Shown: piece by piece, positions 20,620-28,952 of the stretch
Numbering within the stretch: position 1 is the first letter of the stretch
How the letters are laid out: each line of letters starts with the position of its first letter
Assembly: GCA_035708165.1 (NCBI GenBank)
Contig: DASSSZ010000001.1
Location: forward strand, 230,884-294,883
DNA from: Minisyncoccota bacterium
GTDB lineage: Bacteria > Patescibacteriota > Minisyncoccia > Phycocordibacterales > UBA2100
Reading direction: 5' to 3'
Length of the DNA: 64,000 nucleotides
Position numbers and translations under genes: made by a program
Notes under the pieces: generated by a model
What the model saw: only the letters and a program-made list of their open reading frames with translations
Databases searched by the model: none
What the model was told of the DNA's origin: nothing

Positions 20620-20800
20620 CTACGGAGATTGCTTCGGAGTACCGCCCGAGGATGCGCGAGAGCGCATGCGCCGTGAGGCGCCTAATCCGCCCAATGAGAG
20701 CCTAGGGACCCTAGGAAGCTCGGTGGAACCGCGATTCGCTGAATCGTCCGAGCAAGGATGCGAGCCGCCCCTCGCATCCTTGCTCGGGCGATTTTTTAAT
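20620..20800 (+). promoter_or_regulatory. T-box riboswitch leader upstream of thrS
   Basis: Antiterminator ctcgg-TGGAACC-gcgattc..gaatcgt-ccgag overlapping a long terminator stem that ends in tttttt; candidate ACC (Thr) specifier at 20641. Confidence 0.85.
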
Positions 20801-20907
20801 AAGGATCACTCAGCATGAGGCACGATCCATTGAGGCCCCTCCTCGCGCACGCGAAGAGGCGCCGAGACGGAAGCGCCGATCGATCCCCATCACTACCAGC
20901 CGCTATC

Positions 20908-22644
20908 ATGAATCTCGAACACAATCGTCACACCCTCGCCCACCTGCTTGCGCAAGCGGTGCTCGAACGCTACCCCGACGCGAAGCTCACCTTGGGCCCG
21001 GCGGTCGACAATGGCTTCTACTACGATATCGATTTCGGCGAGACGAAGCTCTCCGATGCCGACCTCCCCGCGCTCGAGGCGCTCATGAAGGAGCATCTGC
21101 CCGCTTGGACCGCGTTCACGCATGAGGAAGTCTCGCCCGAGGAGGCGCGGGAGCGCTTCGCGGGGAACCCGTACAAGCTCGAGCTCATCGATGAGATCGC
21201 TGCGCGAGGCGAACCGATCACGCTCTATGCCGCGGGCGGCTTCACGGACCTGTGCCGCGGCGGGCACGCCGAGCACCCGGCGCACGAGATTCCGGCGGAT
21301 TCCTTCGCGCTTGACCGCGTCGCCGGCGCCTACTGGCGCGGCGATGAGCGCAATACGATGCTCACCCGCATCTACGGGCTCGCCTTCGGCGACGGCGCGG
21401 CGCTTGCGGCCTTCCGCGCCGCGCGCGAGGAAGCCCGCGCACGCGACCACCGCAAGATCGGGCAGGAGCTCGACCTCTTCACCTTCTCCGAGCTCGTCGG
21501 CCCCGGGCTGCCGCTCTGGACGCCGCGCGGCACCCTCCTGCGCTCGCAGCTCGACGCATTCGTCTGGGAGCTGCGCTCCCGGCACGGCTACCAGCGCGTG
21601 ACCATCCCGCATATCACGAAGCGCGCGCTGTATGAGACGTCAGGCCATTGGCAGAAATTCGCCGATGAGCTCTTCCATGTGGCCACGCGCGAGGGCAAGG
21701 AGTACGCCCTGAAGCCGATGAACTGCCCGCACCACACGCAGATCTTCGCCCGCAAGCCGCACAGCTACCGCGAGATGCCGCAGCGCTACGCCGAGACCAC
21801 CATGGTGTACCGCGATGAGCAGTCGGGCGAGCTCGGCGGCCTCACGCGCGTGCTCTCGATCACGCAGGACGACAGCCACGTCTTCTGCCGCCACTCGCAG
21901 GTGAAGGAGGAGTTCTTCGCCATCTGGGACATCATCGATACCTTCTACAAGACGTTCGGCTTCTCGCTGCGCGTACGCCTCTCCTTCCATGACCCGGCCG
22001 AGATGGAGAAATACCTCGGCACGCCTGAGATCTGGGAGAACGCCGAGAACGCGCTGCGCGAGATCGCCAAGGAGCGCCATGCCGATTACTTCGAGGCGCC
22101 TGGGGAAGCGGCGATGTACGGCCCGAAGCTCGACTTCATGGCGACCGATTCGATGGGCCGGCAGCACCAGGTCGCGACGATCCAGCTCGACATGAACCTG
22201 CCCGAGCGCTTCGACCTCTCCTGCACCAACGAGGAAGGCCAGAAGGAGCGGATCGTGATGATCCACTGCGCCGTGATGGGCTCGATCGAGCGTTTCAGCG
22301 CCGTCCTTCTCGAACACACGGCCGGCGCGCTGCCGAGCTGGCTCGCGCCGACGCAGGCGATCATCCTGCCGATCGCGGACGCGCACGCCGAGTACGCGCA
22401 CCAGGTCGCCGATGGCCTCCTCGAGGCCGGCATCCGCGCGATGATCGACGCCAGCTCAGAATCGCTCGGCAAGCGCATCCGCACGGCGAAGACGGGCAAG
22501 GTGCCCTACGTGCTCGTCGTGGGCAGCCAGGAAGCGGAGCACGGCACCGTTTCCGTGGAGAGCCGCGAGAAGGGAAAGCTCGACGGCATGAGCCAGGAGC
22601 AATTCCGCGAGATGCTCCTGACCGAGATCCGCGAGCGGGCCTAG
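20908..22644 (+). CDS. thrS: Threonine--tRNA ligase
   Basis: RHTLAHLLAQAV, DLCRGGH, RDHRKIG, LKPMNCPHH, YGPKLD, GSIERF. Confidence 0.98.
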   Translation: MNLEHNRHTLAHLLAQAVLERYPDAKLTLGPAVDNGFYYDIDFGETKLSDADLPALEALMKEHLPAWTAFTHEEVSPEEARERFAGNPYKLELIDEIAARGEPITLYAAGGFTDLCRGGHAEHPAHEIPADSFALDRVAGAYWRGDERNTMLTRIYGLAFGDGAALAAFRAAREEARARDHRKIGQELDLFTFSELVGPGLPLWTPRGTLLRSQLDAFVWELRSRHGYQRVTIPHITKRALYETSGHWQKFADELFHVATREGKEYALKPMNCPHHTQIFARKPHSYREMPQRYAETTMVYRDEQSGELGGLTRVLSITQDDSHVFCRHSQVKEEFFAIWDIIDTFYKTFGFSLRVRLSFHDPAEMEKYLGTPEIWENAENALREIAKERHADYFEAPGEAAMYGPKLDFMATDSMGRQHQVATIQLDMNLPERFDLSCTNEEGQKERIVMIHCAVMGSIERFSAVLLEHTAGALPSWLAPTQAIILPIADAHAEYAHQVADGLLEAGIRAMIDASSESLGKRIRTAKTGKVPYVLVVGSQEAEHGTVSVESREKGKLDGMSQEQFREMLLTEIRERA

Positions 22645-22672
22645 GCGCGCCGCCGCGCGGCAGCGATGCAAA

Positions 22673-22704
22673 AGAACCGCCCCGGCATATGCCGGGGCGG
22701 TTCT
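22673..22704. terminator. Hairpin terminator between convergent genes
   Basis: agaaccgccccggc-atat-gccggggcggttct. Confidence 0.75.
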
Positions 22705-22746
22705 CCCTTTGGAGTCTCTCAGGCAGCTGCCTGAGCGCACCCGTCC

Positions 22747-24711
22747 TTAGTTCTGGCCAGGCAGGCCGGTGCCGGGGCGCTTCGAGCGCGTGATCACGAG
22801 GCGCGGCATGCCGCTGCTCGTATCTAGCGTCATCGCGTCGCCGTTGCCGCCCTCCTCGCCATCCGATTCGTCGTCAATGACTGCCTCGACGCTCTCGGGG
22901 AGCTCAGCCTCGCCATCCTCGTCCGTCTCGTCCTCGGAGGCGACGATGTGATTGCTGCGAGCGCCGAGCGCCGAGAGGGCGAAGTTCACTGCGCCGCCGC
23001 GGTACATCGTGAGGAAGTACGCAGCCGCAAGCGCACCGCCCGCGAGCACGAACCAGTAGATCGTGTCGCCGACAGGCCCGAAGTCGAAGCCGGTGTACGG
23101 GACCTGGGTGAGCGAGACGTACGTGCCGTTCACATAGGTGTCCGTAGAGCAGGTCTGCGTGTGGCCGTAGCCGTCAGAGACCGTGAGCACGTAGTGCGTG
23201 GTGCCCGACGGGTGCACGATGAGCGAGCCGTTAGTCGCTACCGAGCCGATGCCGTCAGAGAGCCATGCGCTGGTCGCGCCCGTCGAGGTCCACGAGAGAT
23301 AGCTCGCGCCGCCGCTCGTCACGTAGTTCTGGCTCGACGTGATCGAACAATAGAGATTGCTGGTCGGCGGGTAGTAATTGTTCTGCTGCACGTTCGCGTA
23401 GCCGGTGCAGGTCGCACTCTGGCCGTTGTAGCCGTAGACCGTCATCGTGTACGTGCGGCTCGTGCCCGGGTAGATGGTGCGGGAACCGCTGCCGACGTTC
23501 ACGCTGCCGAGCCCCTGGTCGATATACGCGGAGCTCGCGTTGGTCGTCGTCCAGGTGATGGTGGCGCTGTTGCCATTGTAGATCGGGTTCGGGTTGACCG
23601 AGAGCGAACAGTACGGCTGCTGGTACTGCTGCTGATTGACGGAGACCGTCGTCTGGCAGGTGTTCGTCTGGCCGTTGTAGCCGTAGACCGTGAGGGTGTA
23701 CGTCTTCGAGCCGGTCAGATTGCTGAACGAGTAGCTGCCGTTCGTCGAGACCGTGCCCGCGTCGGTGAGCGAAGCCGAGAGGGCATTCGCCGACGTCCAG
23801 TGCAGGGTCGAGCTGCCGCCGTAGCTGATCGAAGTCTGGTCAGCGTAGAGCGAGCAGGTCGGCTGCTGATACTGCTGCTGGTTGACATAGATCGTGGTCT
23901 GGCAGGAATTGCTGCCGCCGTTGCCGTAGACCGTAAGGGTGTACGTGCGGGTGCCGGTGAGATTGTTGAGCGTGTAGGAGCCGTTCGTCGAGACGTTCCC
24001 GGCATCCGTGAGGGTGGCAGAGGTCGCGTAGTTGCTATTCCAGGTCAGGGTCGCGGAGCCGCCATAGGTCGCGGAGTTCGGGTTCGCGCTGATCGAACAG
24101 GTCGGCTGGTACGTGACCGGGTTGCCGTTCTGCACCGTATGCTGCGGCGGCGTGTACGTGTACGTATACGTCGGAGTGGTCGTGTACGCGTAGGTCGGGG
24201 TCGTCGTGTACGTGTACGTCGGGGTGGTCGTGTACGTGTAGGACGGCGTCTCGTAGTCGGAGTACGTGTACGAAGGGGTCTCGTAGTCGCTCGTCGTGTT
24301 GTCCGTATACGTGTACGACGGAGTCGTGTAGTCCGTGTACGAGTAGGACGGCGTCGAGTAATCAGTCGTGTCGTAGCTCGGCGTCGTGTAGTCCGTATAC
24401 GAGTAGGACGGCGTGGTGTAGTCCGTGTACGAATAGGACGGCGTCGAGTAATCAGTCGTGTCGTAGCTCGGCGTCGTGTAATCGCTGTAGGAGTACGAAG
24501 GCGTCGTGTAATCGCTGTACGAATAGGACGGCGTCGTGTACGACGTGTCGTAATACGACGGCGTCGAGTAGTCGGTGCAGCACGAGACCGGATCGCTGTA
24601 CGTCACGGCCTCCGTGCTCGCCGGCATGATCACCGCGACAGCCGAGAAGCTGAGGAACGAGGCAAGGATCGCCACGAGAGCGACGCGAGCCTGATTGGTA
24701 ATGGTATTCAT
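22747..24711 (-). CDS. Secreted surface protein: signal peptide, Tyr/Thr/Ser-rich repeats, four Cys-bounded Ig-like repeats, VPYTG motif, TM helix and acidic tail
   Basis: YTTPSYSY(S/T)D repeats; four units of C(S)xxxxP..LxW..(T/S)YTLTV..C; LTQVPYTG followed by a hydrophobic stretch. Confidence 0.85.
   Translation of the reverse strand: MNTITNQARVALVAILASFLSFSAVAVIMPASTEAVTYSDPVSCCTDYSTPSYYDTSYTTPSYSYSDYTTPSYSYSDYTTPSYDTTDYSTPSYSYTDYTTPSYSYTDYTTPSYDTTDYSTPSYSYTDYTTPSYTYTDNTTSDYETPSYTYSDYETPSYTYTTTPTYTYTTTPTYAYTTTPTYTYTYTPPQHTVQNGNPVTYQPTCSISANPNSATYGGSATLTWNSNYATSATLTDAGNVSTNGSYTLNNLTGTRTYTLTVYGNGGSNSCQTTIYVNQQQYQQPTCSLYADQTSISYGGSSTLHWTSANALSASLTDAGTVSTNGSYSFSNLTGSKTYTLTVYGYNGQTNTCQTTVSVNQQQYQQPYCSLSVNPNPIYNGNSATITWTTTNASSAYIDQGLGSVNVGSGSRTIYPGTSRTYTMTVYGYNGQSATCTGYANVQQNNYYPPTSNLYCSITSSQNYVTSGGASYLSWTSTGATSAWLSDGIGSVATNGSLIVHPSGTTHYVLTVSDGYGHTQTCSTDTYVNGTYVSLTQVPYTGFDFGPVGDTIYWFVLAGGALAAAYFLTMYRGGAVNFALSALGARSNHIVASEDETDEDGEAELPESVEAVIDDESDGEEGGNGDAMTLDTSSGMPRLVITRSKRPGTGLPGQN
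24160..24575 (-). repeat. Coding tandem repeats (DYTTPSYSYS/T-type units)
   Basis: Recurrent gacggcgtcg(t/a)gta units, mostly about 30 nt apart. Confidence 0.85.
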
Positions 24712-24758
24712 ATATTCCTACGGATACGGTTAACCCGAAAAACCCTTATAACAAGCAA

Positions 24759-24786
24759 ATTTTACCACATACATGACATTTGTCAA
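24759..24786 (-). promoter_or_regulatory. Sigma70 promoter for the surface-protein gene
   Basis: TTGACA-16 nt-TAAAAT. Confidence 0.65.
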
Positions 24787-24833
24787 GTATGAAGAAGCCA
24801 CGGGAAACATACGTTCCCCGTGGCGGTATACCA

Positions 24834-25325
24834 TCAATCGGGCACCTTTTTCAATGCAAGGCGGCGATCGCACGCAGCCCCGTCCATGAGGCAGACGGTC
24901 GTGCGCAGCGTTTGCGGCGCATCCCCTGCCTCATAGTACCCGCGCAGCTCGGCGCCTTCGATGCGATGGCTGGTCCAGTGATGATTGCACAGGATGATCC
25001 AGCCGCCGTCCGCGAGGACATCGGCCACGTAGTGGCTGCCGATGCAGTACGAATCCGACGTGCCCTTCACCTTGTGGTGATCGGGATTGCCCTCATCGAG
25101 AAGCTTCCCCGTCCCGCTATAGACGAACAGAGGCGTTGCCTCCCGGGCGTCCTGCTCGATATAGAAGCAGGTGCGCGGATGCGGATACGGGATCTTCCCC
25201 TTCGGGGTTGCCGCATGCATGGCGATGCAGCGGTCGGATACGCACGGCTGGTCAGCACGAGCCGTCACCGGAGCGACCGTCAGCATGCTGACGAGCGCCG
25301 TGATTGAAAGGAACAAAGCGCGCAT
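24834..25325 (-). CDS. Secreted Cys-rich hypothetical protein
   Basis: Signal peptide ending in ARA; several Cys; AAGGAG upstream. Confidence 0.65.
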   Translation of the reverse strand: MRALFLSITALVSMLTVAPVTARADQPCVSDRCIAMHAATPKGKIPYPHPRTCFYIEQDAREATPLFVYSGTGKLLDEGNPDHHKVKGTSDSYCIGSHYVADVLADGGWIILCNHHWTSHRIEGAELRGYYEAGDAPQTLRTTVCLMDGAACDRRLALKKVPD

Positions 25326-25453
25326 CAGGTCTCTCCTTGGTTGCGCGGCCTCTCACGAAGGCCATGACATGCATCCCGCAGGATGCACGATAGGCATTCA
25401 CGAAAGAGAAAGAGCTGGAGGCGGGAACGGTCCCGCCTCCCTCAGCGGCCTGC

Positions 25454-26050
25454 TCACTGCTCGGCAAGGTGGAAGTGCCACTTGCAGTCGGTACCATCCC
25501 AACGCACGTCGTAGGCGCCCGGCGGGACGAACTGGTGCAGGCGGTGCTTGTCGCACACGAGCCGCGTCTTCTGCTTGCACAGCGCGACGCCGTTCAGGGT
25601 GACGAGCGTGCCCGTATCGCAGTGCGGCGTGCCGAGAGCGCTATCGCCGGCCTGCATGTCGGGAACCGCCGCACCGTCATCCGGCATCGTGCCGGATACG
25701 CTGGACTGGTCCGTAGCGTTCGCCGACGTATCGGCGGTGACGCCGGGGATCTGCTCTACCGTGCCGGCGGCGCACATCTCCTTGCCATCATGCAGGACGA
25801 GGACCTGCTGGCCGGTGCAGTGCGCACCGGTCGCGCTCTGGAGCACCTCGCACTGCACGCGACCGTCGATCATGATCGGGGTCGTGCTGTCCGCTGGGCA
25901 GTTGGCGGCTGCTGCCGCGCCAGATGACGCGCTGCTCATGGCAGACGGCGTCATTTGGTCGCTGGTGCTTTCGCCCTGCGCGAACGAGTACCCCACGGCC
26001 GCTATGGTGGCGGCGACCGCAGCGGCGAGAATCGCATTCGCAAGTTTCAT
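25454..26050 (-). CDS. Secreted Cys-rich hypothetical protein
   Basis: Signal peptide; repeated C-x9-10-G-x3-C units; GGAGG upstream. Confidence 0.7.
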   Translation of the reverse strand: MKLANAILAAAVAATIAAVGYSFAQGESTSDQMTPSAMSSASSGAAAAANCPADSTTPIMIDGRVQCEVLQSATGAHCTGQQVLVLHDGKEMCAAGTVEQIPGVTADTSANATDQSSVSGTMPDDGAAVPDMQAGDSALGTPHCDTGTLVTLNGVALCKQKTRLVCDKHRLHQFVPPGAYDVRWDGTDCKWHFHLAEQ

Positions 26051-26218
26051 TCCGAAACCCTCCGATAAGCGACCATACGCGGTCGCGAGTTGAAGAACAA
26101 TGGTTCATCATCCGGGCTTTCGCGCGGATGCATAAAGGCACGGCGAGCGCGCCTTCCTGCATTCGAACGAACAGAACATGAGTCGGTGCGTGCGGGGCGA
26201 GCCCCGCACGCACGAGAG

Positions 26219-26716
26219 CTAACGAGGATTCCTCATCGAGTAGCGGAATGCGCACCGCGCCGCATCCGGACGGATATTGAATGCGCCGGCCGGTATTGCT
26301 GCGCGAGCAGCTTGCCAGTTGCAGCGGTTGCTTCCCGCCTGCGGGATCGGCACCCCGCCCTGGACAGGCTCTCCGATAGCCACCGGACCAGCCTGAATCG
26401 GATCGGCATGCGCTGCCGAACCGAATACCCAGAGCGGCGGCGGATACTCCGTGCCGCCATACCAGTACCTGATGCCCAGGATGAGCCACAGGAGCACCAA
26501 GGCACCGAAAATCGCCTTCATCCACTCAGCTGCCGTCTTAGGCATTATGCTCTCCTTCTTTTCTCCGACAGCCGCCGTTGCCTGCTTCGCCCCGGTTATG
26601 ACTGTTTCCTTGGCTTTGCTCAGGTCGACGGTGACCTTCCCTTGGGGTTCGACGAGAAGATCGGTCGTGGCTACGCGAGTCTGGCCGATCGTTCCTAGAT
26701 TCTGCACGTCGGCCAT
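26219..26716 (-). CDS. Single-pass membrane hypothetical protein
   Basis: TM segment AIFGALVLLWLILGIRYWY; AGGAGG upstream. Confidence 0.6.
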   Translation of the reverse strand: MADVQNLGTIGQTRVATTDLLVEPQGKVTVDLSKAKETVITGAKQATAAVGEKKESIMPKTAAEWMKAIFGALVLLWLILGIRYWYGGTEYPPPLWVFGSAAHADPIQAGPVAIGEPVQGGVPIPQAGSNRCNWQAARAAIPAGAFNIRPDAARCAFRYSMRNPR

Positions 26717-26742
26717 CAGGCCCTCCTGCTTCAGGATTGGTT

Positions 26743-26979
26743 CTATTCGCCGCCTGCGTCGCTTCCCGTGTCGTGCCTGCTCGAGGAGACGGCACGCTTA
26801 TGTCCATGGAAGGATTCAGCAATCGACTCGACGAGGCTCGGCGGCGGCTCGGTCTTGATCACCTCGCCGCCGTATGGGCGAAGGTTAAGAAAGACTCTCA
26901 CCTCCAGGTACACATCGTAATACCCGATCGCATCCGGCTTATCTGGATGCGGGATCTGGCGAGGTTTTTCCTCTGCCAT
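26743..26979 (-). CDS. Hypothetical protein (78 aa)
   Basis: AAGGAG upstream; first gene after a consensus promoter. Confidence 0.5.
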   Translation of the reverse strand: MAEEKPRQIPHPDKPDAIGYYDVYLEVRVFLNLRPYGGEVIKTEPPPSLVESIAESFHGHKRAVSSSRHDTGSDAGGE

Positions 26980-27046
26980 GTGGGACTCCTTTCAAGTTCC
27001 TGCTGCTCTCAAAGCATCCTCGTGGATAGCTCTGAAATCTGACAAC

Positions 27047-27074
27047 ATTATATCACGAGCAGTATCTTTGTCAA
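27047..27074 (-). promoter_or_regulatory. Consensus sigma70 promoter
   Basis: TTGACA-16 nt-TATAAT with extended TG. Confidence 0.75.
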
Positions 27075-27089
27075 TAGCAAAATACGGCC

Positions 27090-27788
27090 CTACTGGGCCG
27101 TATTCGAGGCGCCGATAAAGGTCGCATGAACGACCCATCGCGCCGTCTTCGCCGAGAGCGTATCGCACGTGGAGAGCGTGAGCTTTGCCGTGCCGTCATT
27201 GCTGAGGTCGATGTAGGTATCCGTCGCGTCCACATGCTCTACATCCTCGACCTGGTAGTCGTACGAGGTCCCGTCTGCGGAGATGAGCGAGATGATGGCT
27301 CCCTGCTTCAGGTCCGGCAGGCCGTTGAATGCCTGATAGAAATGATTATGGACGATCGGAAGGTGCGAGCTATGCCCGAAGACGAGCACGTTGCCATCCT
27401 GCCCCGCGAGCGCAGAGCTCGGATAGCGCACGACTTCGCTCTCGAGCAGCGCATCGAGCGCATCCACGTCGGTCGTGGTCGGATTGCCGACAGGCAGGTC
27501 GAGCCCGATCGACGAGGCAACGATGCGCACCGGCGCTGCCGGCGCGGTCGTGGCGCCGCCGAGGACCGGGAGGGTCGAGAGCGAGACGCCCGGCTCGATA
27601 GAGCCGATCGCATACGCCAGCCCGCCGCTTGCGGTACGGGCGGCGGCCGGCTGCGTCCCATCGACGTAGTACGGCACCGCCCCGACCGAATCGGCCGCCG
27701 AAAGGCTGAGCAGGAAGACCATGCCGAAGGTCACCAGGAAGGTTCCTGGCGTCTTTGCGAGCGGATTCTTGAGCTGGAACGGCTTCAT
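27090..27788 (-). CDS. Sortase
   Basis: N-terminal membrane anchor; GNVLVFGHS (His), LTLSTC (Cys), ARW (Arg) triad. Confidence 0.88.
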   Translation of the reverse strand: MKPFQLKNPLAKTPGTFLVTFGMVFLLSLSAADSVGAVPYYVDGTQPAAARTASGGLAYAIGSIEPGVSLSTLPVLGGATTAPAAPVRIVASSIGLDLPVGNPTTTDVDALDALLESEVVRYPSSALAGQDGNVLVFGHSSHLPIVHNHFYQAFNGLPDLKQGAIISLISADGTSYDYQVEDVEHVDATDTYIDLSNDGTAKLTLSTCDTLSAKTARWVVHATFIGASNTAQ

Positions 27789-27808
27789 ACCGGCTTTTGT
27801 ATGCCCGG

Positions 27809-27890
27809 ATATTACCATGATTATGGGAGTAATGTCAACAGGCACTGGACTGCGCCGTTCTTTGACATAGGGTAATCTTCATGGTAATAT
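27809..27890. promoter_or_regulatory. Back-to-back divergent sigma70 promoters
   Basis: Minus strand TTGACA-18-TAATAT and plus strand TTGACA-17-TAATAT, both containing TCATGGTAATATCC. Confidence 0.7.
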
Positions 27891-27933
27891 CCTTACATTA
27901 ACCGCTCATACGGCACTCGCCTTTCACGGCTTT

Positions 27934-28869
27934 ATGGCAGATGCACCTGAAACGAAACCGAGCCTGGTCTCGAATATCATCGCCCTCATCGGTTTCATCT
28001 TCATCCTCATCATCATCGTCTGGGGGCTGCTCAATATCGGCAGCTGGGTGCCGGGCATCGGCAGCTGGTTCTCCGGCCTGTTCGGTCCTGGCAAGACCCT
28101 GACGATCGAGCTGCAATCCTCGAGCGTCCCCTCCGGGACGCCGACCACGATCGGCTGGACGCATAAGGCGTCGGACGGGACGTACGCGTTCGAGTACGAG
28201 TGCACGAAGAATGCCTCATTCTCGGTGCCGACTGCCGCGACGAGCACGTACGCGACGCTGCCGTGCGCGACGCCGTACATCATCGCCGCGGCAGGCCCGC
28301 ACGCGATCAAGGTCGTCCCGACCTCGTCCGCGGCTTCGGTTACGATCCCGTTCACGATCACCTATCGCGACACGAAGGGCGTCGCCGGCGCCTCGGGCAC
28401 GAGCGCGCTCACGATCACGAACGCGCAGAAGGATGATGGCGGTACGGGCAGCACCGGCGGCAGCACCAGCACGACGACTCCGCCGGCCGCCGGCAAGCCG
28501 GATCTCACGGTCTCGGTCCTCGGGCTCGGCGTCATCGTGAACGGCGTCTACCAGACGGCGAACCAGATCAATCCTGGCGACACGGCCGCGATCCGCTTCG
28601 AGATCCGGAACGCGGGCACGAAGGCGACGGGCGCCTGGCGCTTCCGCGCGAGCCTCCCCACCGCCGATGGCTATATCTACAACTCAGCGCTGCAGGACTC
28701 GCTCGCGCCCGGGTCATACGTCATCTACACCCTTCGCTTCACGAATCTCGCGGCAGGCGGCGGCATCGTGACCATCGAGGCCGACCCGCAGCATGCGGTC
28801 GCGGAATCGAACGAATCGAATAACGGCGTCTCGTACCGCATCACGGTGCAGCCTGCATACAGCTACTAG
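27934..28869 (+). CDS. Membrane-anchored protein with C-terminal CARDB-like Ig domain
   Basis: N-terminal TM; KPDLTV..IRNAGT..ADPQHAVAESNESNN. Confidence 0.8.
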   Translation: MADAPETKPSLVSNIIALIGFIFILIIIVWGLLNIGSWVPGIGSWFSGLFGPGKTLTIELQSSSVPSGTPTTIGWTHKASDGTYAFEYECTKNASFSVPTAATSTYATLPCATPYIIAAAGPHAIKVVPTSSAASVTIPFTITYRDTKGVAGASGTSALTITNAQKDDGGTGSTGGSTSTTTPPAAGKPDLTVSVLGLGVIVNGVYQTANQINPGDTAAIRFEIRNAGTKATGAWRFRASLPTADGYIYNSALQDSLAPGSYVIYTLRFTNLAAGGGIVTIEADPQHAVAESNESNNGVSYRITVQPAYSY

Positions 28870-28952
28870 CCGTTGCAGGATAGTGCGGACGGCGGGCCAC
28901 TGGCCCGCCGTCTGCTTTCTCGGGGAACAGCTCTTCTATGGGCTGCCCTCCG

